Under the pieces are notes generated by a model. It made no database searches. It worked only from the letters and a program-made list of their open reading frames with translations, and was not told the origin of the DNA. This document shows, one piece after another, positions 26,101-59,835 of a DNA stretch of 64,000 nucleotides (position 1 is the first letter of the stretch; every line of letters begins with the position of its first letter). The DNA lies in contig OZ037768.1 in assembly GCA_964035545.1 (NCBI GenBank), positions 310,001 through 374,000 on the forward strand. The letters run 5' to 3'. This DNA is from Bugula neritina (lineage: Eukaryota > Animalia > Bryozoa). The position numbers and the translations under genes are program-made.

Positions 26101-29100
26101 ACAAAGCAGCAAATTAAATCAAAACTCAAGCTACACAAAAGCTACAATAAATTAATCAAATATTGTAAATTTAATGATTATTTTTTGGGTTTTAAACTTA
26201 GCAAGTGGCCAATGAGAGTTCAATATTGCATTCCCACCCTTTACCTGACTGTCCTTACCCAACTGGCACTCCAAACAATACTTTGAGTCAGGGGACATAA
26301 ATCAAATAGTTGTGTAAAATACTATCTGTATATGGAAATGCTGAGCCGTTTTATTTTACTCTGATATTTGTAAACAATAATTCTTCTTTTAATAAATTTA
26401 GTTATTGACTGTAAAGAAATTCCTAGTAAAAATATTACTAACTCAACAGATGTAGACTATTACAAGAGAGGAAATTTTAGTGCCAAAGTAATATTACATA
26501 AGCAGGCAGACTGGCTATAATAATGGAGGTATGAAAGACAATAGAGGTGCGAATATCTGGACTGTAATGTGATCAACTTATTCATTCAGTGCTTGATGAT
26601 TCATCAATCAAAGAATAATATACTACCTTTATGTTACTTTTCAGCATGTAGCCAATTTATTTTGGCAATCCTACTGAGTGTTATAGCAGTATATAACTAT
26701 ATGCCTCAGCTAATGTAGAAATAATACTGGCTAACCATATTCATTTTAATTTTAAATGCAACGTATTAGCCTTTGCACTCAGTGGCTTCATCCCTAGTAG
26801 CTCTTTTTGTAATGACTTCTAAGTGTATTCTTTGTCTATGTGGAAGGCAAAAAACAAAGTTAGCTTTAGCAAGAGCCCCATCAACTTGTGGACAGGTGTC
26901 CATATAACGTACCCTCAGCTTACAAAGATACCCTCCTTTGTTCTTAGGCTACTACCTTATAATGTTGGGTATTCGAGTCATGAAGCTTCATCTCTAGTCA
27001 CTGTAATGACAGTCTGTGTAGTTACAGCAAACAGTCCCAAACTAAAATTAGGATGCATTTTATAAACCAATTCAACTCGTTTATTAATTCAGCATTGAAA
27101 TTTTTGCAAAAGTCACCTGAGATGGAAGCCCATTTCTGTTAGCTAAAGGCTAGCTAGCAATACACGTCTGCTATAATAGAATGGAAGTAAACAGCAGACG
27201 TGACCTAGATAGCAGTTAGCTTGCTGTGACCTATATAGCCACTCAATAGCGCGCTATGACTAATGAGTGAGAATACTGTGGTGAGCAATACGCGGCCCGG
27301 ACTATGGTGAGCAATGCACGCTCGGACTACGGTGAATAATATTGAGTACGCCCTGTAGGTCTCGTTGGTGCAAGGTAGACAAGCACTAAATCACTGGGTG
27401 ATATTTACTGGAGGTGTCTCAACATTTACATATCTGTGAATCAACTCAACTGATTCATCAATGTCTAAATGATTTCTATTGAAGTCAGCAGAAGTGTGTC
27501 AGCCCACAAATGGTTAGTAGCAATAAATAGCAAGCTTAGTAATCTATGTGCTGCCATATGTTACATTAGTACTTCACCGATGATTCTCGTTATTCAGGCT
27601 GTTGGGACTGTCGGAGCAGCGGCTCAACAACCTAAGAAGCTGGTCATTTGGATTCCAAGTCTAAACTTTCAAATCAATAATGATTTACTCTGATAAATAA
27701 TACAGTAGCTGAGTCAGACGGAAACTTTAAATGGTCTGATTATTTCTCTTTGGGAGACTGGAGACTGTGTGACCACCCAACTTGCCATGCAGCATGAAAG
27801 CCCACACTATCACAAACAAGCAAACATGTGTTATGTAACATTACGTAACATTGAACACTGGAGATAGCATACATGGAGCATAAGTAATTGCATTTAACAA
27901 CTGACAAAGGAAATTTTACCATCTTACCCACACACGAGTGCTTTGTTTGTTGCTAAACATGCATCTTCATTAAACTTTATGCCTTGGGGTAACATTTCAA
28001 TTATTTGTGCTTCAATAATGTATACAATAAGGCCTTTAGAATAAATTTGATATTTGAAATTTGGAGCGCTAAATCCCATCTTTGTTTGGTGGACTGATGC
28101 TGGACTGAAAGGCATTTATCACCCGGAGTTATGTAACAGTTGAGATATGCCAAGTGAGGCTTGTTTCTAACAGTCTATAATTATGATGCATAAGAAAGGC
28201 TCACGATTATATGGCATGTATAAAGTAGCCGGTATTGTCACCTGTTGATGGATGGTTTCTTGCAAGCTCTGAATTTGCTAGTCCCAAACTCAGGGGTAAA
28301 CCAACACTCAGTGCCTTGTAGGGAGGGGGGAGAGGGTACTATCTCAATATAGAACTATCTCAATAGTAGTATTTATTAAATGAGAGGAGGGCATATAACT
28401 AGAATAAGGGAGGGTGGGGTCCTACAGCCCTATGGTTGTTTTTCTAAAATAACATTTCACAAATGTCAAATTGATATATAAATGGCACAAAAAACCAAAG
28501 ATTTTCCACATCTAAGAATTGAGAGTAGTGACATGAGAAAGTGGAAGGAATTTTGTACTCAGAAAAGACATTACAGTGACAGAAATAATGTCTAAATATT
28601 AACAAGATGTAAGAATATATGATAGGAATATCTGAGCTGTAAGGTAGCAGCTGAGTACACTGTATTACTCCGCACTGTATTACTCCGCAGTACAAGACTG
28701 CTCAACCAGCTAATAAGACTGATGATTATGTAAAGTGACCAGTGGTAGAGCGGTTAAACTGATCCAATACTCAAGCCAAAGAAATACATTATCTGAGACA
28801 GATTTAGCATGGATTGAGTGAAGCAGAGATGCAATAACCACCAAATGGTGGTATTAAATGGTAATTCCTACGTAGGAAAGCCTGTATCTCTCTAACATCT
28901 TAATTACCTACTGGAATAATTAATTGCATTACAGCATTCTCAAACTGATCTAAGGATTTATAAACCGGAATCCTTGCAACAATTTTCATAATGTTAGTTA
29001 CTAGCCAAGCAACCGTGTCATTTATACTTATTTACAAGGGGAGACAATTTCGATATAATTATTGTGTGTTATGAAGGTTTCCATAGTGAAGCAAAACAGG

Positions 29101-30288
29101 CTGACATTATTGAACAGTAAAACGAAATACAGTACTGAAGTTTGTAAAATAGATGGAGGGAATTTGACTTGTCATTCATCAGGTTACTCCCCAAGACCTA
29201 ACTAGCCATCAGCTGTTCCCTAACTGTTGATGTATTGGTATGGGAAGTATAACACACTTTCTTCACACACTCTCTCAATGACTGACTGCCTTAACATAAG
29301 TCATGTAAGCTACAATTCTGTCTTTCCTTCTGAATTTACAAAATTATCCAGTAGGAAGACGGCTGCATTAAACACAGCACTGTGTGAAGGTGTCTAGTTT
29401 CACAGTTGTGACAGCAGGTGTTGATGATGCTGTGTTATTCACTCCTTTAATCTTTGGCACTAAATGAGTCAGCATTGCCCCCCCCCCACTATGTTTTTTC
29501 ACCTCTCACTATATTTCCATACCAGAGTTCAAGTTTTCTAGACAGTTGAGTTATTTTGCAAGTTGGCCCAAAACAGAAGTAGCATATAATTTACAGCCTG
29601 TAGTCCTGAAACAGCTGGAGACGCGTACCATCCTGAGATAAACAAAACCAAAGGCTACAAGAAAAACACCAGTTTGATGTAATAAGTCTGAAAGTAATGC
29701 TAATTAATGAGGAGTAATAACTGTGGGTATCAACTCTACATCACGTAATAGTCTATTATAATCAACTCATCTATATGCACCTTTATATATCATAAACTGG
29801 TTGTCATGGCAACGCCTATTCTACAATAACAACATTCTAAAGTCTTCCCAGCGTTCAGTAGAAAGAAGCAGTATGTCTGCATATTCTAGTTTATATTAAT
29901 TAATAATTATTACAAAACACATGAATGGTAGACTTAAGCCTTGATGTACAGTTTAGGAAATGGGACACATATCAATTCAATAACTAAATATTTTCACATT
30001 GTTTGGAGGTAGTTCACACACACCACTTCCTGAAGTAGCAGTAAGCGAAACTACACTTTCAATGACCTTCAAATAAGCAGATAAATTTATTTCAATACTT
30101 TCACACCATTTGAACAGCCAGGAGTGAGTGAAACTGTTGGAGGAGTGAATAAGACAAAGAGTGACTGAGAGTACTAGATACTGTGCACCGGAACACAAAC
30201 TGCTGGTAGTCCGTGTGGGCTGCGGCCAAGCCACAAGTGGTGGTGCATTTTATTCACTTTCAGCTGCTTTCTACAGTTGCATGTGTAT

Positions 30289-30628
30289 ATCTACAGTTAC
30301 ATGTGTAGAGCTACTGTCTACAGTTACATGTGTAGAGCTACTGTCTACAGTTACATGTGTAGAGCTACTGTCTACAGTTGCGCGTGTAGAGCTACTGTCT
30401 ACAGTTACACGTGTAGAGCTACTGTCTACAGTTGCACGTGTAGAGCTACTGTCTACAGTTACATGTGTAGAGCTACTGTCTACAGTTACACGTGTAGAGC
30501 TACTGTCTACAGTTACGTGTGTAGAGCTACTGTCTGCAGTTGCGTGTGTAGAGCTACTGTCTACAGTTACACGTGTATAACTACTGTCTACAGTTACATG
30601 TGTAGAGCTACTGTCTACAGTTACATGT
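30289..30628. repeat. 27-bp minisatellite (TCTACAGTTACAYGTGTAGAGCTACTG) downstream of COG1
   Basis: About 12 copies; internal TCTACA/TGTAGA inverted repeat. Confidence 0.95.
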
Positions 30629-31302
30629 GCATATCTTATAAAACTGTTGAGATGAAAAGCAGAACATGACGTGCAGAAGTCACAACAATTAGCCTTGTTC
30701 TCTGCACAGCAACCAACACATGGAAGGGGGTACTCGGCATACCCCAGTAATGAAGATGTAATATGAACTTGGTAGTCATAGCAGTCAGACAGGAGTATAT
30801 AATATGTTGTGATGTTGAGATATTTAAGCTGCTCTAATAATGTTACTATTTATTGTGATAAAACATGACAACATGGGTATTAATCCTGCAGTACGCCAAG
30901 TAGCTGTAAACACATAGCCTGAGCACCTGCTACACATTGTACCACTCATGTAGAACTTATTCTATTCTCCTTCACCTTAACATGTGAATTGCAAACATAA
31001 TTCTTGGTTTAATTGTCAAAATTGTGTGACTTGCTGATGCTAAAGATATATCAATAAATATGTTAGCTGGAGGTGCACCATGCATGGCTAGATGCAGTAA
31101 GGGGGGGTGGGGGCAATCTGCCACCACAAGGAGAACCAGATTGCCGGTAAAGAGCTGATAGCTGTACAACATTAGCATGGGTATGTAGATATATTTATTT
31201 ATGGCATGAATATATCTTCACTAACATAACCAGTATTTTAAATAGAAACATTTTGAAGTATATTTTCAGAAGAATAAATAAAGTGCATAAACTGAATGCG
31301 GG

Positions 31303-52592
<21,290 letters not shown>

Positions 52593-54499
52593 GTTGTCAA
52601 ATGCACTGGGAGTTGTGTATTAATCTACTTTCGACAACTTTTTAACGATATAATAACGCTTGAACCAGCTTTGGTACATTTAAAAATGGTATCTAAGGCT
52701 AAAGAGGTTCAGTTGATGCCGAAGAAACCAACCGGAATAAAGTTTGTAGAAACGGACATCCTTGGCACAGTGAAATAACCCCAGGCAATTATGTTTAACT
52801 AAAAAAGAAGATTGGAGTTATTATTAATAGACTCGTACTAAAGTTGAACGCTGGTTAGAGCTACGGTTACTTCCTTGATGTTGCGAAAAAGCTCTCAGTC
52901 GCTAACTCAACTTTTCATAAAACATATTATAGTTATTAATAATTATTTAGTTTAACTCACTTTGAGTTTGACTTCCTCATGGAGAAGTTATTATTTAGAG
53001 TGTTCAAGTTTAAGCGATTTAATTTGTCAGCAAAACAGTAGAGCCAATAAAATTAAATGTTGATAAATATTATGAAATTGAATCTCATCATTATGATTAC
53101 GATAATAATATCAATAATGATTAATATTATCATTGACATTATGATTATGATTATATTTTAATTTTAATTTATATTCATTATATTTCATTATTTTACATTT
53201 GTCAGTATTATTTATTTAGAATCATTATGATTATCATTGTCATTATCAATACCATTATGATTAATATTATGGTTATATAAATATTGTTATTTCTAATAAT
53301 AATATTGCTATTAGTATTACCATTACATTAGTATTGCTATTAGTATTAGTATTAGTACTGGCTATGCTGATCATTCACATTGTAATTTAAATTAATGACA
53401 CAGTAATAATACTTAGTAATATTGGTAGTATTACTATTAGTATTAGTAATACTCTAATAATTGTATTTTACACCCAGTATGACTATTAGTATCATTTTTA
53501 TTAATTTAATTAATATTTTAATATCTTGCTTGATATTCAAATGCTATGGGATTGAGAGTTACAATTGTAACATTGGACTCGGTTATTAGTGTCAATGCAT
53601 TGATTATAATTGCAATATGAGTGTAAAAACTTTCTATTTGAGCTTGCTAGTACAATCTTCAGAAACACATACGATATTGAGCTAGTGCTTCATGTAAAAT
53701 TAGGTTGTTCAAATATTTTTTTCTAATATTAATGCTATGCAAGTTATGATTTTAATGTACCAGTTGTATAAACAAAGTTATGTGTTGTAAAGTATTATCT
53801 GTATGAAGTGAATTTTGTTGGACTAATTTAACTTTAACTTATAATAAATGTTTTTATAACATGTGATTGAGATTTTTACTGGTGATGAGTCATAATAATA
53901 ACTGGGCAGGGGTATAGCAGTAGAATACTAATACATCTTTAGAATTTCTTGTAATTTCTTTATTGTTGATATATGATGAGTTTTTAAGTTTTAATTTAGT
54001 GGGAGACTTGGCGACTGGTTATTAATATAGACCATTTTTTGTAGGTTAACAGTAAAGTATTTCCTGTGTTTATGGTTTAACTTATAGGAATATTACATGA
54101 TAAGAGTGTCGAGATCGGCTACACAAGAGTTTTTATGATTATTATCAGATTGTCTAGCCACAGATTTACCTGAATTGTGACCTTTTAGGTAACAGATAAG
54201 CTACAGGAAATACAAACAGCAGCATGTACCTTGAGCTGAATCAAGCCAATCTGTTTGAATAGTTTATAAGAATTAGGTTTAATCCAGTCTCAGGATTGTT
54301 CAATGTATGAAATAAAGTAAGCACACACTTTTAACTGATCATCATAGGAAAATCATAAATGTAAAATGCAATTATAAGCATTTAAAGCACAGTTAGTAGT
54401 TTAAAGTGTTGAATTGATAAAGTTCTTTTATTTAAACAGGTTTTAGCCATTCCTAGTATTACGTTATGCATGTTTATTTGCTGCTGGATAGGTATTGCC

Positions 54500-57400
54500 A
54501 TGACCACCAAGATGGCGAATGAAAGAAGAGTCACCACTACCATAACTGTAATCTCTCAGCCAGAGAACTCTCCAGATGATATCAAGGTTGGCATACAGCT
54601 GGCCGTCAGTGACAATATCCCCCCAGCTATGGAGGCGATTAATAGACAGACACCTCTCGTCAATTTCATCAAGACGTTGTGTGACAAGTTCAAACTGAAG
54701 GATCCTGGTCACTACCAGCTACAGTTTGATGAGACCCATGTTCAGCCTCCTCCCATCTATATAACCGAAGAGAACCGAGATAAAATAAAAAATGGCGGCA
54801 TTTTAAAGTTGGACTTTTCTCCCCAAGAAATGTCTAGTTCTATGGCAGAAGGTCTTAGCAGCGGAAATATTTCTAAAGAGAAGCTCTACACTTTAGCTAA
54901 GTTGGCAGTTGATGTGACATTTGTTGAACATTTTGTGACCCAGAATGGACTCACACACCTGGCCAAGTTCATAGTGGCCATCGCCAAGTCCCGTGACTTC
55001 TCCAAGAAGAGTGGATCCGCTCTATCAGCGTTTGTTGACATCATGGACCACGCCATTGTGTCGTGGGAGACGGTGAGTGAGGAGGTGCTGGAGAGCGTGC
55101 TCTGGTACATGGATGTCAAGACTCAGCCCGATATTCTTGCCATAAAGTCTGCTCTGGAGGTTCTAGAGTGTGCCGTTCTCAACAGCTCTGTTGGCAGGAA
55201 CTTTGTCACTGGTGCAAGGGTTGATATGGACCACTTTATCTCTACTTTAAAGACTAGAGACATTAGTATTCAAGTGGCGTGTATCTCTTTACTCAATACT
55301 ATTCTTAACTTCTCACCCAAAGAGCGGCAAAATCAAATACGCAAGAAACTTTTCTCTCAGCCAACTCGCCAGCTTATTTGGGAAAACATATTCACTGGTC
55401 CAATCGGCACAGAAATGAGTTTCCAACTTTATTCCCTTCAGACTCGACTTTTCAACCTGCTGGCGGAGAGACTGAATGGCGCCATCAATGTTAGAGATCC
55501 AGCTGCTCTGAAGGAAATTGCTCAACTCCGTTGTATCGCTTTTGAAGATGGCTCGGAGACGGCACAGCAGACAGCAACTCTCAGTGAGACTCGAGACTTC
55601 ACCAAACTCGGCTTTAAAACTCCCGCAGAACCTCTTCAGGTTAGTCTCACTGTGTTGACACTTAATCTACTATGTTGATACATGATCTACTGTGTTGACA
55701 CATACTCTACTATGTTGACACATACTCTACTGTGTTGACACATCTCTACTATGTTGACACATACTCTACTATGTTGACACATACTCTACTGTGTTGACAC
55801 ATCTCTACTATGTTGATACATAATCTAATGTGTTGACACTATGTTGTTTATTAATAGGAGTTTAGTCACGCCCCTCCTGGGGCCCTAGCCCTCGACTGCA
55901 TGGCCTTCTTTGCCCACCAGTACACCCAGCAGTATCGCCAGGTGGTGTTGGAGAACAGCAGGGAGAGATCGGATGACCAGGACTGCCCGTTTGCCCAGGC
56001 TAGTGTGCAGTTGACACAACTTCTGGCGGACATCTTGAGAATTGGGGAGCCGCCGTGTGACCAGCCAGGGGAGGACGACAGGACCTACTACCCGATGTTC
56101 TTCTTCAAGGACAAACCTTTCGAGGAGTGCTTCTGTGTCTGCATTCAGCGACTCACCAAGACCTGGAAGGAGATGAAGGCATCGCTGCCGGACTTCAACA
56201 AGGTAAGTCAGCGGATGATGCTGACAGCTACAACTGCCACCAGCTTTTAGTGTAAACCTCACTCATAGTATTTGTGTTTCTGCTTCTGCCTAGGTTCTCA
56301 TGGTGGTGAAGGAGCAGATCACGCGGGCGTTTGATGAGAAGCCCCACACTTTTGACTCTCTGAAGATCAAACTCAACAACTGGAGCTTTGCCAGGATACA
56401 GGAAGCCAGGCAGGAGGAGCTGGAAAAGAAGGAGGAGCTAAAGAGACAGGCTAAGCCAATCAGAGAGCTGCGAGACATGATTAGGCCGGAAATAGAGGAG
56501 GTGGTGAGGCAACAGAGGATCAACCGGATGGTGGAGGGCTGCCACTTCCGTCCCGTCAAAGCTACCAAGACTCACAAATTCGTCTACTGTAAACTCTCAC
56601 CTAATGGAAAAGTAGGTCACTCCTCTATCTGACTCATTGAAGTTCTGTCAGCTTTCTAGAAACTTCTAGTAACTCCAGACTGACTCTATGGGTAACAGTA
56701 GTTGATGATATCCCATACTAGTTACTTTATAGTGGAGATAATATCTCACACTAGTTACTTTATAGTGGAGATAATATCCCATACTAGTTACTTTATAGTG
56801 GAGATAATATCTCACACTAGTTACTTTATAGTGGAGATAATATCTCACACTTGTTACTTTATAGTGGAGATAATATCCAGCACTTGTTACTTTATAGTGG
56901 AGATAATATCTCACACTAGTTACTTTATAGTGGAGATAAACAATGGGGTAATTAGAAATAAGGAAGTTGAGAGAATTCATTGAGATTACACTATTGCGTA
57001 GGCTGGGAAGGTGATGGCAGCTAGAAGCAATATGATTGGCTAGCACTTGACAGTTTCATGATGCTCTTAGCTTAGTTCCAGGAAATAGTCTGACTTTATC
57101 ACAAACTCATCAAAGTGGTTGCTATTTCTGTTGCAGGTCCTCCACTACGGAATTTCCACTTCAGACCAGACGGTGCCTGACGTCCTTCAATCTATCAACA
57201 TTCTAGATATCTGTGACATCAGGGAGAATGACGACAGCAAGTCTAAGATAAAAGCCATAGTCCTGGTGAAGCAGGACAAAGAGGAGATTCAGCTGATAGC
57301 AGACAGTCAGAGAGAGCACGATGTGTGGTTGGACGGGCTACACGCCCTCACCGGTAAGCCAATCAACAGTGAGCAAGCCCAGTCCGACCTCGATGAGTTA

Positions 57401-57511
57401 CTCTCCATGGAACTCAAACTCAGACTCTTGGATGCTGAAGGTATAAACTTTCCAGATGAGCCGCCGCCAGTTCCCCCACTTCCTGCCAACTTACACTTTG
57501 TGACAGCTTGA
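54500..57511 (+). CDS. ELMO: Engulfment and cell motility protein (ELMO/CED-12); exons 54500-55639, 55858-56202, 56294-56611, 57137-57511
   Basis: RBD motif YITEENRDKIKNGGILKL, LAKLAVDVTFVEHF, ELMO domain PPGALALDCM...CPFAQASVQLT...LTKTWKEMKAS, PH domain YCKLSPNGKVLHYG, WLDGLHAL, MELKLRLLD and C-terminal PxxP; about 725 aa. Confidence 0.95.
55648..55845. repeat. 21-bp repeat (CTACTRTGTTGACACATACT core), ELMO intron
   Basis: About 9 copies. Confidence 0.9.
56705..56938. repeat. 33-bp repeat (GTTACTTTATAGTGGAGATAATATCTCACACTA), ELMO intron
   Basis: About 7 copies. Confidence 0.9.
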
Positions 57512-59835
57512 GTATCGCAGTGTCACAGTATGAGAGTCACGCTGTCACAGCGCGAGTGTCACGGCATGAGTATTGCAGTGTCACAGTATGAACGGTTTCC
57601 ACTACTTTGTAGTATATTTATTTTGTTTCCTACTTCCACATTCACAGTATCAAATGATTTTTGTTTTTGAGTTGTCTCCCCATCCACTAATCAGACTTGT
57701 TGATACAGTAAGCTATCAGATGTGTATGACCCTCTGTTGCAAGCTTACAGTTGATTGGTCAGATATCTATTCCTTAAAGGAAACTTTCAACAGTTGCATT
57801 ATACAGAAATAGGAATCAGAGAGAGAAGACAACTTATATAATGAAAGATGCATGTAACTAAACTACATTTCTTTAATACTCTGCTAAACTCCACTAAAAC
57901 CCATTAGACAATCTAGTATATTGTAACATATTCAGATATTAATATCAGCAATATTTTAATACAATTATCATCTGCTTGGCTTTTTCTTAGCATTTTTTAT
58001 TTGCAAGTCATTTGGTATTATTTTAATAGTTTATTGAAGATATTGTATTCTTTACTTTCTGTATAATTTGGCTATTTATGTAACTTAAGAATATGCTTGT
58101 TTCTAGTTGAATAAATAAAACATAAAAATGTGCAGCTGTGAAATATAATTACTTTTATTTCTAGAAAACAACAACCTTCTATATTACTATATATAGCTCC
58201 TACTGTGGCATAATAATCTAAAATACTATAATATAGTCCAGTGAAATAATCTGCTCATGTAATTTCAATTCTGATTAGACTGAAGGCATATCATATTATA
58301 ATAAACTCAAGCTAGAGCAGTTAAGACATTCAATTTTAACACTTAAATGATTGATCATTCAAATTATTCTAAGAAGGCAGGACTTGCATGTAAAAGTGTG
58401 ACACCAATGAACTGGGAAATATAATACTTCATGTCGGTGCTTAGCTATGTGCTAACATCCTATACGCTACAATATTGAAATCTTATAAATTAGCTACATA
58501 CTAGAATAGATTTATTTCAGCACGTGATAAACCCAAACAAAAACAACGTAAGAGGCACTCATTATTTTTGTCTGTAGGTGCTAGCAGAGTGTTCCATTTT
58601 TACGAAATGCTTATGACTGACACTATTAGTCTAAATAGTTTATGTGATAGAGTTATCCTACCCTGCATAAATTACAGGTCCAGCGAGGACCTAATCCCGG
58701 ATAGCTTATCAAATTTTTTTTATTGCATTTGGTTTCCTGTAGAACAGTTTATTTCAAGTGTTCACATAAACATAAGTAACATCGTCAACGCTGTGTGTCT
58801 CATTTGATTTTATTTGTAGTTATGTGTGATGCCTCACAATGTTATTGCGTTATTGATATTTTTGGAATTGTTTACTTTTAAAAGTTTGTTTTCTTGTTGT
58901 TTTTTTTTGTGCTGTAGTTCTACTGGACTTAGTACTAGTAGTAGTTAAACTTGGTCACTGTCACTCAGAGTCAGTTAAAGTTGAACTGGATGATAATCAC
59001 AATCATAAGGACATTGACAATCTGTATCAAATCTAATTTAATTTGAAATTTCCTCATGTTCATTATAATTATTATTATGATAATAATTAAATTAATATAG
59101 TATTGCTATTGGTATTACTATTAGTATAACTTAAACTATTAGACTTACTCTTACTCTTAGTCTTAGTCTAATACTAATGGTAATACTTATACTAGTAGTA
59201 CTAGTAATGCTAATACTTGTACTATAGTTTAACTTTAGGCTATATTAATTAAATTAGTACTTATACTTGTAGTAACTTAAACTGTAGTACAGTTAATTAT
59301 GTACTATTGATACTAGTAGTATTATGATGAGTATTAAATTTATAGTTTTAGTATTAGCACTACTACTACCAATAGTTATAATAATAATTATATAGTTTTT
59401 AATTTATAGTTATGAAGCTTGCAGTCACAATGGCAATGCTTATAATTATATCAGTTACTGAATTAGACTTATAGTTGTACTAATACACTTGCAGCAATAG
59501 TTATATTTATTGTATTACTAATACTAATATTAATAGTAATACTTTATTTTTTAGACGCTAAAAAGTAGACATTGGACAATCGAATGTTCCCTGTTCTCAA
59601 AATCAAAATGAAAATTAGTTTGTGTTTGATTCTAAATATTAAATTTTATAATAAAATGTGATATAAAAGTGAAGCAACATTTATAGATGTGGTAGACAAA
59701 TGTAAATACTATATGAATAGAAATGAAATCATCAACATTACCTTATTAAACTAATCCCTAGTTCATTTTATGTACTTTAATTTTTTTTTAAATTTGGGTT
59801 TTTAGAAAGGGAATTGCACTAATACTTATTGAAGT

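Noticed and set aside
28737-28775. tRNA/SINE-like A-box (TGGTAGAGCGG)
   Set aside because: No convincing B-box or cloverleaf.
52686-52778. 30-codon ORF (MVSKAKEVQLMPKK...) near the COG1/ELMO promoter
   Set aside because: Too short, no recognisable homology or splice link to ELMO; could be chance or a uORF.
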